A stretch of DNA of 64,000 nt from an uncultured Lentisphaeria bacterium (lineage in GTDB: Bacteria; Verrucomicrobiota; Lentisphaeria; Victivallales; UBA1829). The stretch spans positions 79,764 through 143,763 of the forward strand of contig CAJKAR010000001.1 of NCBI GenBank assembly GCA_905197955.1, written 5' to 3'. A program made the translations under genes and the position numbers. This document shows, one piece after another, positions 18,107 through 27,700 of the stretch. The notes below the pieces were generated by a model that saw nothing but the letters and a program-made list of their open reading frames with translations, did not search any database and had not been told where the DNA came from. The first letter of the stretch is position 1, and every line of letters starts with the position of its first letter.

Positions 18107-21100
18107 TCATTTTTCTGCGATTTCGAAAAAGAGTGCCGGGCCGCCGGGCAGTTTCGCCGTATCCGCGCGGAGATAGAGAACGCCATCTTTTGCAGTTACG
18201 GGAATCTCACCCTGCCGTCTGCCGTTGAGATCGACGGCAAATGCCTTCATGCGGGCAGCATTCTTGTTTTTGACCGCAACGGAAAACACACCTGTCTCAT
18301 AGAGGATCGGCGTCTGTCCGAGTTTCTGCATCACGCGGCGCGTGGAGTCGTTGAAGACCATGCCGGTATTCAGAGCATCGGTAGCGTAGACAACCATCAG
18401 ATGCTTCGAGTTTTCCAGATCGGGCGCATTGTCGATCGACACAACCGCGAGATTTCCGTTCCGGCTCATCTCTTTGATTTCAAACGACGGCAGCTTCACC
18501 GTGGTTCCCGCCAGAGCACAGACGCCCTGGAGACGTTTCGTATTGATGCTCATGAAACACTTTTTCGCATTCAGGAAAAGTTCTCCCGTGGTACTTTCGA
18601 AAATTTCCTCCGCCGCATTGGTCCGGTTGGAAGCAGGAATCACGCCGCGTTTTTTCAGATCGCGCACAAGAGCATCCAGATCGAACACCGATTTCCCGCC
18701 ATCAATGATGCTGGAGAATCCGGCCGTACCGAGTGCGGAGGTCAGAACCGCACTGCCGCCGGTCCGTTTCAGGATCAGCTCGTTTTTGCGGACAGGGAAA
18801 ACCGGTTTTCCATCTTTGGAGTTCTCAACACGGAAGCGGCCCAGAAGCAGAAGACGCGTCTGTTCAGATCCCAATCCCCAGCGATAAGCATAGTTTTCCA
18901 GGACCTCCGGTTCGTTCAAGACGACTCGCCAGGTCACATCGCCCTCACGGACATCCCCGCGGGCATAGATAAAGTAGGCCAGGAACTCGCTGGCATACAT
19001 CACCGGGTCGTGCGTTCCACCAAACGGATGAAGTTTTGATCCGTGCGGCGCATACACCTGACTGATGAACGAGGTGATTCCATCCACTCCCTGAAGCGCG
19101 CCATACCCATCGGTCACAAACGCCTGTTCATAGCGATAGCGGTTCCAGAAGACATGCCCGTGTTCCGTAATGACATAGGGCTTGCCGGGCATCTGGTACG
19201 CATAGAAGCCGCGGGCGACATTTGCGGAAGTGAAGATGGAACTGCTCTGATCAATCGTCGAACCCGGCTGAATATAGTTGCTCGGATGCGCATGATACGA
19301 GTTCATGGCAATGAACTCCGCAGGCTCTCTCGCCATCACATACTGGATGGATTTGCCCATATTGAAGTTCGTGACCGGTCCCTTCCAGCCGATCTCGCGC
19401 AGATAGGAATGATAGAAATCAAAGATTTCGCGTTCCATCATACGGGTGAACTCATAGGAGTCGCGTCCGCGGGGAGAGGTTTCCATCATGTCGGTACCGC
19501 GGAAAACAGGAAGATCATCGAAATCCTTCCAGTCGTTTTTCACGTTCCATGCCGCCTTCAGCTTTTCGAACGATCCGTATTTTTTCCGGAGGAATTCCTT
19601 CCAGCGCGGCATCGCCTGCGGAATCTGTTTCGAGGTGCTGAAAATAAACTCCTGCTCATTGAAGCCGACAAGACACACCAGGACAGGATCGTCAATCAGA
19701 CGCATCTTCGTATAAGGATTCACGGTCAGAAGAACTTTCCGGGCACCCGCCTTCCAGTTTTCCTTGATATCATCATCGAAATAGATGAATTTCTTTGCAT
19801 CCTTATGATCTTTGCGCCAGGTCCAGTCCGCCCATGTGATGCCGGGATAGTATCCAAGATGGCTGGCGGCAACGTCAAGATTCAGATAAATTCCGTTGTC
19901 CTTCATGCATTTGATTGCATAGAAGAAGTTGTCGAACACATCCTCGGGGAAATCCAGTCCCTTCTGTTCCGCAAGTTCCCCTTCGATCATGTGCATACGC
20001 AGCATGTTGTAGCCTTTGTGGCGGAATGTGAGGACCATGTCGCGGATTCTTTCTTTATGATCCCGGGGAGTCTTGGAATACAGGAAATCGTAGTAGACCC
20101 GTTTTCCACCGCTGCTGTTCGGCTGAATAAAGGTGTTCGGGAAGAGTGCGGAGAAGAAACGAACCGGTTTTGCCGGATCCTTTTCAAAAGCAAACCGGCC
20201 ATCCTTGTTGACGATTACACGGCCGAAGGCCCCGGCGACTTCCCGCTTTGCCATTCCAAGATCCAATGCGGACCCCGGAATCACGCCAAAATATTTCGGG
20301 AAGGGAAAATTCTTCCAGATCGCATTTTCCTGCATGGTCTCGATTTCCGCCTTCGGAAATTCGTAGGCATTGAAAGAGAGAGTCGCAGCAAGAACGATCC
20401 AGACAGAGGTTTCCGAACGGGGAACAAAACGAATGGAACGAATGGTCCCGATTTCCGGCTTCAGCGGAAACACGGAGGCAAACACGCCGACGATTCCGCC
20501 GCTGGCATTCGTCCAGACCGACGCAGGATGAGCATTCGATCCCGGTTTCGCCATCCACCAGTCGTTGACATCCCGTCCGCCTTTGACCTCAAAGACCTGC
20601 TTCTGCCCATTTTTTCCCGTGACTTCGACGGTACCGATCACACCCTCGGACCCATAGGTCATCGTATGAAGAAGATAAAGGTACCGGCCTTCCGCGGACA
20701 TGCTCTCCAGATTCAGGAGAGCTTCCGGAAGACCATTCTGAAAGTTGCTGGATTTGAACGCCATCACGCTTTTTCCGTTGTTCTTCGACGGATCCACCGC
20801 CTTGAACGGAACATTCGCATAGCGATTCTGGGAGAAGACAAATTTGCGGGCATCGTTGTCAGGCCCCTGATCGGACCAGCCGCCTTTGCCGTCGCCGGCT
20901 TTCGGATCGGCATAGCCCATGTTCATCAGAGAGGCAAGATCCAGAAGTGTGTCAAGGATTTCCACCTTCAGATTCCGGAACAGAATAGTCCCGGCTGCGC
21001 GTTCGATTCCAAGAACGAAATCCGCTTTGTCGCAATCGCGCGGCACGGTGTATTCAAAGGAAAAGGTCTTCCAGTCATAAGTACCGGTTTCCGGATTCTG

Positions 21101-21922
21101 CTGCGGATAGAAGGTCTCCTTCGGGGTCCGGAGAGTAAACATGAACTTGCCGCCGGTTTTCGTGTCGCCGACAGGCTGGAGGTTTTCCGCCTTCGCCTCA
21201 ACCGAGACGCGTACGCGCTTCCTCTGAAGAGGTTTCGCCGGGATTCCCCGAATCACACCACGGTAATTGCCTTTTGCCGCTTTCGGTGCAGTAATCTCAA
21301 TTCCTGTTCCAACCAGGGCTTTTGCCTTTGTTCCAGGAGCAACCCACCAGTTTTCCAGAGAATTCGTCCGGTTCAGCGGATTGAAATAGTGCGCATCGAC
21401 TTTCGGGGACGATGCCAGAATTTCCACTTTAAGATTCCGGAACAGAATCTTGCCGGAAGCATGCTCAATTCCCAGTCCGAAATCGACCTTGTCGCAATTC
21501 TGGGGAACATCAAAATCCAGAGAATAGGTTTTCCAGTTATAACTTCCGAGATCCGGATTCTTCTGCGGATAGAAGGTCTCTTTCGGAGTCCGTACCGTAA
21601 ACATGAATTTACCGCCGGTTTTCGTATCGCCGACAGGCTGAAGGTTTTCCGCCTTCGCCTCGACCGAAACTCTCACGAACTTTCCGCGCAGAGGTTCTGC
21701 CGGAATTCCACGGACCACTCCCTGAAATTTTCCTTTGGCCTCTTTGGAAGCAATGATTTCAATGCCGTTTCCGGGCAGAGCCTTCGCTGCGGTTCCAGGA
21801 GCAACCCACCAATGCTTCAGCGAATCCGCCTGATTCAGGGGATTCGCATAGTGCACATCGGCGGCCGATACGCAGACACCCAACGCGCATAGTGCCGTCA
21901 GACAAAACAATTTCATACACAA
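18107..21922 (-). CDS. Secreted multidomain glycoside-hydrolase-like protein with two tandem CBM-like modules
   Basis: 1271 aa with a signal peptide (MCMKLFCLTALCALGVCVSA). Two ~150-aa paralogous beta-sandwich modules are followed by a TIM-barrel-like region (GYNMLRMHMIEGE...). Confidence 0.6.
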   Translation of the reverse strand: MCMKLFCLTALCALGVCVSAADVHYANPLNQADSLKHWWVAPGTAAKALPGNGIEIIASKEAKGKFQGVVRGIPAEPLRGKFVRVSVEAKAENLQPVGDTKTGGKFMFTVRTPKETFYPQKNPDLGSYNWKTYSLDFDVPQNCDKVDFGLGIEHASGKILFRNLKVEILASSPKVDAHYFNPLNRTNSLENWWVAPGTKAKALVGTGIEITAPKAAKGNYRGVIRGIPAKPLQRKRVRVSVEAKAENLQPVGDTKTGGKFMFTLRTPKETFYPQQNPETGTYDWKTFSFEYTVPRDCDKADFVLGIERAAGTILFRNLKVEILDTLLDLASLMNMGYADPKAGDGKGGWSDQGPDNDARKFVFSQNRYANVPFKAVDPSKNNGKSVMAFKSSNFQNGLPEALLNLESMSAEGRYLYLLHTMTYGSEGVIGTVEVTGKNGQKQVFEVKGGRDVNDWWMAKPGSNAHPASVWTNASGGIVGVFASVFPLKPEIGTIRSIRFVPRSETSVWIVLAATLSFNAYEFPKAEIETMQENAIWKNFPFPKYFGVIPGSALDLGMAKREVAGAFGRVIVNKDGRFAFEKDPAKPVRFFSALFPNTFIQPNSSGGKRVYYDFLYSKTPRDHKERIRDMVLTFRHKGYNMLRMHMIEGELAEQKGLDFPEDVFDNFFYAIKCMKDNGIYLNLDVAASHLGYYPGITWADWTWRKDHKDAKKFIYFDDDIKENWKAGARKVLLTVNPYTKMRLIDDPVLVCLVGFNEQEFIFSTSKQIPQAMPRWKEFLRKKYGSFEKLKAAWNVKNDWKDFDDLPVFRGTDMMETSPRGRDSYEFTRMMEREIFDFYHSYLREIGWKGPVTNFNMGKSIQYVMAREPAEFIAMNSYHAHPSNYIQPGSTIDQSSSIFTSANVARGFYAYQMPGKPYVITEHGHVFWNRYRYEQAFVTDGYGALQGVDGITSFISQVYAPHGSKLHPFGGTHDPVMYASEFLAYFIYARGDVREGDVTWRVVLNEPEVLENYAYRWGLGSEQTRLLLLGRFRVENSKDGKPVFPVRKNELILKRTGGSAVLTSALGTAGFSSIIDGGKSVFDLDALVRDLKKRGVIPASNRTNAAEEIFESTTGELFLNAKKCFMSINTKRLQGVCALAGTTVKLPSFEIKEMSRNGNLAVVSIDNAPDLENSKHLMVVYATDALNTGMVFNDSTRRVMQKLGQTPILYETGVFSVAVKNKNAARMKAFAVDLNGRRQGEIPVTAKDGVLYLRADTAKLPGGPALFFEIAEK
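20948..21862 (-). repeat. Tandem duplication (~460 nt x 2) encoding the two CBM-like modules
   Basis: aa 21-171 and aa ~175-325 align throughout. They share the block VRVSVEAKAENLQPVGDTKTGGKFMFT, then RTPKETFYPQ after one substituted residue (V/L). The DNA of the shared core (e.g. 21121..21215 vs 21583..21680) is visibly similar. Confidence 0.85.
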
Positions 21923-21936
21923 CTCCTTTCTATTGA

Positions 21937-22692
21937 TTAATTATCGTATGCAACATACTGTCTCATATTCAAATTGCCACTGCCCCACATATTCGCGGAA
22001 TTATACGGATTCAACGTTGCAGCAGTCTTGGTTTCGACATGACCGTCAAAGAAAGTAACATTGGAAGCCATGTTGTTCTGATGACGGTACGCAATGACAT
22101 GCGCACTCGGATTCAGATTGGAAAAATCATAGGAAAGATAAGAAGACGGCAGGAAATCATCTTCTACCCAGAGTCCCGGCACCTCACCCCCGCAAACACC
22201 TTCCATGAAGATAATCTTCCGTGAAGCATTCCGGATTTTCGGCAATTTATAACAGTTTACCGAAAGATCAAAACTCATATTCATCATAGCATAGGTCTGA
22301 CCGGCGTCCTTGAATTGTCCACCCAGGCGGACATTCCGTGTCAGCGTCTCCGGACAAAGGAATGAAGACTGCCAGAAGGAAAGTCCCCAGGGAAACTCTT
22401 CCGCTCCACGGTGTTTTACTCCAACAGCAGAGAGAAAGTGCTGATTCAGATACCAGCGATGATTGGAATTCTCAGGAATGGACATCACAAACGGTACCCA
22501 CTGATCGTCGCTGTCCGAAGCATAGGTCAGTCCCCCCAGCCCCAGCTGCTTCATGGAACTGGTACACGAAATCTGACGCGCTTTCCCTCTCGCTGAATTC
22601 AGCGCAGGAAGAAGCATTCCTGCCAGAATTGCAATGATCGCAATTACGACCAAGAGCTCTATTAATGTGAAACTCTGCTTCCTTCGATTCAT
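21937..22692 (-). CDS. Pilin-like DUF1559 / H-X9-DG family protein (prepilin-type N-terminal helix)
   Basis: Start chosen at [36 protein letters not shown]-terminal FFDGHV motif. The stop is 14 nt from the start of the downstream CAZyme gene. Confidence 0.85.
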   Translation of the reverse strand: MNRRKQSFTLIELLVVIAIIAILAGMLLPALNSARGKARQISCTSSMKQLGLGGLTYASDSDDQWVPFVMSIPENSNHRWYLNQHFLSAVGVKHRGAEEFPWGLSFWQSSFLCPETLTRNVRLGGQFKDAGQTYAMMNMSFDLSVNCYKLPKIRNASRKIIFMEGVCGGEVPGLWVEDDFLPSSYLSYDFSNLNPSAHVIAYRHQNNMASNVTFFDGHVETKTAATLNPYNSANMWGSGNLNMRQYVAYDN

Positions 22693-22755
22693 TTTTATAG
22701 CCCTCCTGTTTACAATAGTTATCATATGTTCTGTTGGTTTTACATTTCGTAATAT

Positions 22756-22784
22756 ATTATACAACATTCGACTTTTTTTGTCAA
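22756..22784 (-). promoter_or_regulatory. Consensus sigma70 promoter for the pilin-like/CAZyme/regulator operon
   Basis: On the minus strand: TTGACA (22779..22784), 17-nt spacer, TATAAT (22756..22761). AGGAGGG RBS before the ATG at 22692. Confidence 0.65.
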
Positions 22785-22927
22785 TCCCCCCTTTTCCGGA
22801 AAAAAGCAAAATATCTGGAAATTTCCCCATCCATATTCTAAAGCAAACATTTCATTTTTTCCATATTCCGGCAGATGCCTGATCCTTTTCCAGAACGAAA
22901 TTTTCAAAAAAAATTCATCTCAGCCTC

Positions 22928-22956
22928 TTGCCAAAAACAGAAAAATATGCTATAAT
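22928..22956 (+). promoter_or_regulatory. Near-consensus sigma70 promoter for the LacI-led glycan locus
   Basis: TTGCCA (22928..22933), 17-nt spacer, TATAAT (22951..22956). Confidence 0.65.
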
Positions 22957-22960
22957 ATTT

Positions 22961-22980
22961 TTGTTCAAACGTTTTAACAA
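22961..22980. promoter_or_regulatory. LacI-family operator-like palindrome
   Basis: TTGTTCAAACGTTTTAACAA matches its own reverse complement at 18 of 20 positions and is centred on CG. It starts 5 nt downstream of the -10 box. Confidence 0.6.
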
Positions 22981-23016
22981 AATCAATAACGAACAAGAAA
23001 CCGCCGATTTTCAAAC

Positions 23017-24036
23017 ATGAGAGCTACGATTAAAGATATAGCAAAACGTGTGGGAGTTTCCTACTCTCTGGTCTCGCTGTACCTGAACAATCGTCCACTG
23101 GCGGCCCGGATTGCAGAATCGACCAAACGGAAAATTGATGAAGCGGTCAAGGAGCTGAACTATGCACCTTCCGCGACGGCACTGGCGCTGAAAAAAGGAA
23201 AAAGCAAAACACTCGGACTGGTCACGGCCGGTCTGTGCAGCGATTATGGAAGTTTCTTCGCACAGACCCTTCTGGATGAATGTTCCCGGTACGGTTATCA
23301 GCTGCTCATCGGAATCACCCATTACAATCCGGAAGAGGAACGACGGGTTCTTGCCAATCTGATCTCCCGGCAGGCAGATGGAATTTTTTATGGACTGCGT
23401 CTCTTTCCGGCGGATTTTTTGAAATCACTCGGACAGCAGAACTATCCGATTCTTCAACTGGGCTCCGCCTCTCCGGAGTTTCAGAGCGCGGGACTCGCAC
23501 TGGAAGAACAGCTCCGGCAATGTGCAGAAAAACTCCATGCCATCGGCTGCCGCCGTGTACTTATCGCACATGAATCCTGGGCAGAGTTTCTGGAAAAAGA
23601 GCTTGTAAAACATGGAATCGAAGTCGTTGGAGGACGACGCAGAACCGAAGCGGAAGATTTCTCCTATCTGACAGAAAATCTCCCTGACGCAGTCGCCGCC
23701 GATTCCAGCATCTACATCAAACTTCTGCGCAACCGATGCAGAGAACTTGGAATCCCGACTCCGTATCTCTGTTACAGCTACTCCCTGCCCTGCGATTTCA
23801 TTGACGATCCCCGGGTCGTTGCGGTAACGGTGACCGACTACAAAGTCAGACTTGCCGGAATCGTCCGCCGAATGATCCGGATGCTGGAAAATCCGAAGGA
23901 ACCGATCTGTCATCTGGAGGAACCGGTCCGTCTGATGAATCTTGAAGAGCTGCGGGAGTATCGTGCAACTCAGTTGAAAGATCCCTATTACGAGCCTTTT
24001 ATGACAAAATTAAAATACGAAGGGAAAGAATCATGA
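23017..24036 (+). CDS. LacI family transcriptional regulator
   Basis: N-terminal HTH ([25 protein letters not shown]...[17 protein letters not shown]) plus a sugar-binding domain. Confidence 0.9.
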   Translation: MRATIKDIAKRVGVSYSLVSLYLNNRPLAARIAESTKRKIDEAVKELNYAPSATALALKKGKSKTLGLVTAGLCSDYGSFFAQTLLDECSRYGYQLLIGITHYNPEEERRVLANLISRQADGIFYGLRLFPADFLKSLGQQNYPILQLGSASPEFQSAGLALEEQLRQCAEKLHAIGCRRVLIAHESWAEFLEKELVKHGIEVVGGRRRTEAEDFSYLTENLPDAVAADSSIYIKLLRNRCRELGIPTPYLCYSYSLPCDFIDDPRVVAVTVTDYKVRLAGIVRRMIRMLENPKEPICHLEEPVRLMNLEELREYRATQLKDPYYEPFMTKLKYEGKES

Positions 24037-24740
24037 AACGCGTCTGGAATTTTACATTGATAGAGCTTCTAGTCGTGATTGCAATTATTGCAATTCTTGC
24101 CGGACTTCTTCTTCCGGCCTTGAATTCTGCGCGAAAAACGGCAAAGAGCACCGCATGCAAGAACAATCTGAAACAACTGGGACTTGCCCTTTTCCAGTAT
24201 GACCAGACATTCGAGAGGCTTCCGGCCGGAGAAGACAAGGCGAATGGCTATCCTGAGAACCAGAAAATCTGGATGGGAAAACTCTGGGCGGCAAAACTGA
24301 TTTCCGTGGAAAAGGAAAGCACCAGCGGAGGAGCCAATTTCGGAAATGCCAAAATTCTCCGCTGCATGGATCCGCAGATCAGTTACGGGATGATCTCCAG
24401 TCTGGCACGTCTGGACGGGGTCACATCCGGCGGGGATCAGTATCAGAATTATGCCGATCACTATCTCAATACGGGCAGAGTGACCCGGCCGGCCAGCCGT
24501 TATCTGCTTGTGGAAAGCAACTGGGGCAGACCTGTCATACCTTCTTCGGACCGCCACTACTATCAGGTCCATGGACCTGGAGGAAGCACGGAGCTCCGCT
24601 CGGGCGGAGTCTGGTTGCCGGGGGGAAACTGCAATGTGGAATTTCTCGACGGGCACGTCGGAGAAATCTCCTATGCGATCAAAACCTCCACAGGTCCGGG
24701 ATGGCAAATCTACGGAGTCGGAATCGGCTGGCGGCAATAA
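24033..24740 (+). CDS. Pilin-like DUF1559 / H-X9-DG family protein
   Basis: [35 protein letters not shown]-terminal FLDGHV. ATGA overlap with the lacI-type gene. Confidence 0.85.
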   Translation: MKRVWNFTLIELLVVIAIIAILAGLLLPALNSARKTAKSTACKNNLKQLGLALFQYDQTFERLPAGEDKANGYPENQKIWMGKLWAAKLISVEKESTSGGANFGNAKILRCMDPQISYGMISSLARLDGVTSGGDQYQNYADHYLNTGRVTRPASRYLLVESNWGRPVIPSSDRHYYQVHGPGGSTELRSGGVWLPGGNCNVEFLDGHVGEISYAIKTSTGPGWQIYGVGIGWRQ

Positions 24741-24770
24741 ACAGAACTTGAAATCATGGAAGGAGATTTT

Positions 24771-27700
24771 ATGAAACGACATCTGCTCTTTGCCGGAGTC
24801 TTTTTCTGTACGGTACTGCTCTCCGCACAGGAACTGCTCTACACGCCGGGGCCGACCATGGGAATTGCTGTCAATCCAAAGGAGAACAATCTCTGGAAGA
24901 CCCGAATCATGGATGCATCACGGAAAATCCGGAACGAAGAACTCTTTGAAACGGCAGGCGATTTTTTCTCGATTCAATATGGGAAACCGTTTGTTTTCCA
25001 GTCGGATCTGTTCCGGGAATTCAAGATCAAGACTTCCGCGCCCTATCGGATCGCCGATGGAGCTCTTCAGTTCCGTACGGGAAAAAAAGGATGGAGCATG
25101 CTGTTCGGCGCCGAACCCGGCGATGAAAAAACACCCGCCATCCGTTTCGGCGCAGGATGGGGAAAGGATCGCTCCAATGCGTGGAGAATCGAACTGGAAA
25201 TCGAACAGGATGTCGAAAAGACAGACTGGATGATCTCCCGTTCCACCGGAGACTCCAAATTTTATACGAACAATCAGTTTTTCTCGGTCAAGGGAAAGGG
25301 TCCGCAGAAATTCATCCGGAAAATGGGCTGGATCGGCTATCCGGTTCCGCAGATCGCGCGGGGACTGAAAATCGAATGCCGCACACCCGGAGCCAATATC
25401 AGAATCCGTTCGATGCGGATCGTCCCCTTTTCCGGAAATCTGTTCTGGCGCAGGGAGATACAAATTCCGTTCCGCCCGATTGCCGCAAAACTCTCATGGA
25501 TGCACAAGACCGGGAATTACGATGTTTTCGTAAATGGAGTTAAAATCGCCGCGGGACAGCACATTCTCCGAACGGGCGTCGAAACGTTCGATCTGGAAAA
25601 ACAACTCAAACAGGGAAAGAACGTCATCGCCATCCGCGACCAGTTCTACGGCGGTCTCTCGCAGAACTCCTCCATCCAGCTTGAAGGAATTGTCATCGGG
25701 CGGAACGGAGAAACTCTGCGCATTCCCGGCGACCGGGAGTGGCGCTGGAGCTATCAGGCTCCGGAAGGATGGGAAAAAACAGACTTCGCCGCCACGACCT
25801 GGAAACCTCCCGTTCTCCGCCCCGCCGGAATCTCGTATCTGCCGAACAAAACGCAGATCTCCAGTGGATTTGCGCCCGATCACATGGGAATGCTCGATGT
25901 CCGCACGGAGGCAGTCAAATATCCCGTCTTCGACTATGACAAGGAGATTGCATGGCGTGTCCGTGTGCCGGCCGGAGTTCAGAACCCGGCACTGAAACTG
26001 GAAATCCGGGAAGCGGACAGCAATCAGCTTCAGGAGACTCTGATTCTGAAGGAGTCACATGTCAACGGAGATTTCCGGGAGTTCACAGTGCGTCCGAAGC
26101 TCCGCAAAACGGGAGCCTACCGCACCTTCTGGACACTGACCGCCGGCGGAAAAACACTCGACACCTGCCGGGGAGAAATGATTATCGCCGGACCGATCCA
26201 GCAGGATACCTTTGCGCTCAAGGATTTTGAACAGGAACTGGAAAAGCGTCTTCAGCTGGTTCAGAAGATCGACTGCACCGATCCGAATCCCGCGCCGGAC
26301 ACCTTTCTGGATCACACAGGCAAGTATACCAAACCGATCCTCAATCCGGGAAAAGTCGTCACCCGGAACGGCATGACGTATCGGGAAACCGGCAGCGGAC
26401 TGTTGGATTATTTCTGCTATAAACTCAATCTGCCCGCCACCGGAGAAGCGATGATCGCGGAACTGGTCATCCCCGACGATGCGGACCGCTATATCTACAG
26501 CGCTGTTCTGGAAACGATTCCGGCCGGCATGGAACACAACACTCCGCCGCTCGGAAGCAAGGCGTGGCCGAACGCCAGCGGAACCGTCTCCACAGGAGAC
26601 CTGTATCCGCTGAGCAACGGAAAGAAAAAATTCCGCTACGTCTTCTTCCCCGGGACAAAAAACACAACGCTGATCGTTCAGAACGGACGCGCCGGAATTC
26701 CGGCGGCAGTCTGCGAAATCAACATCTACGCGGTCAAAGGCGGACTTCCCGCTCTCAGAATTCCGGAGACCGACCGGACATACGGGAATCATAACGAACG
26801 ACTCATCTTTACTGCATGGGGATCGTACCGGGACGCGCTCGCCTACGGAACGGAAGCGCATCTGGTGCAGTACTACGACGGCGCCTGGCTCAACGCCTAT
26901 CGGGCGATTGCGCGGAAAATTCAGTTTCTCCGTTTTCAGGGACACAATGCCAGTGTCGAAGGGGCTTTCATGTACGAGAAGGGAGTCTTCTCTCCGCGGC
27001 ACTCCCAGATTGTGCTGAACAACGACCGCTTTGATTACTATTACGCTCTTCTGAAACTTTACAGGCATAACGGTATCAAAACCTTTGTCGGATTCGAATA
27101 TATGCGTTCCTCGGCCCTCGACGCAATGGGAGCGTTCGACACCAGCGATGCACAGGTACATTCGGGGGAAAAACGTTCCGTCTACATGATCGACCGTTTC
27201 GGGCGGCAGGTGGTCGGCTACCTCGGCATGGGACTCAACTGTATGAATCCGGTGGTCTGGGGCACGGTCACGGACCTGCTGAAAGAGCTCTATGAGCGCT
27301 ATGACGGAATCGGCAGCGTGGAAGGACTCGTCACTCTGAACGGAAGCTGGTGGCTGCCCGGTTTCCCTTCGTACAGCGGAATGGAAGCTTCGGAAGTCGG
27401 ATACGATGACGATTTCGTGGAACAGTTCGAACATGACACAGGAATCCGTCTCAACCTTCCCCGCACCGGAGCGAACCGCTTTGCCGCTCGCTATGAACTC
27501 CTGACCGGAAAATACAAACACCAATGGTTCGAATGGCGCGGAAAAAAGATTCGGGAAAAACTGCTCGAAATGCGGAAAACAATCAGTTCCGGCAAGCAGA
27601 AATGGAAACTCTTCTCCTGGCCGGCCAAAGCCACGGCGGAACGGAACGCATTCAACACATCCGGCATCCGTCCGGAAGTCCGCGATGAATACATGGAACG

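Noticed and set aside
22590-22671. Dispersed ~75-nt near-identical repeats at ~22590..22671, 24051..24132, 36079..36154 and 51126..51205, which at first look like a repeat family or mobile-element ends.
   Set aside because: They are the conserved coding sequence for the [23 protein letters not shown] pilin-like N-terminal helix of four paralogous genes. They are always in frame at the 5' end of a CDS, so they are not an independent repeat element.
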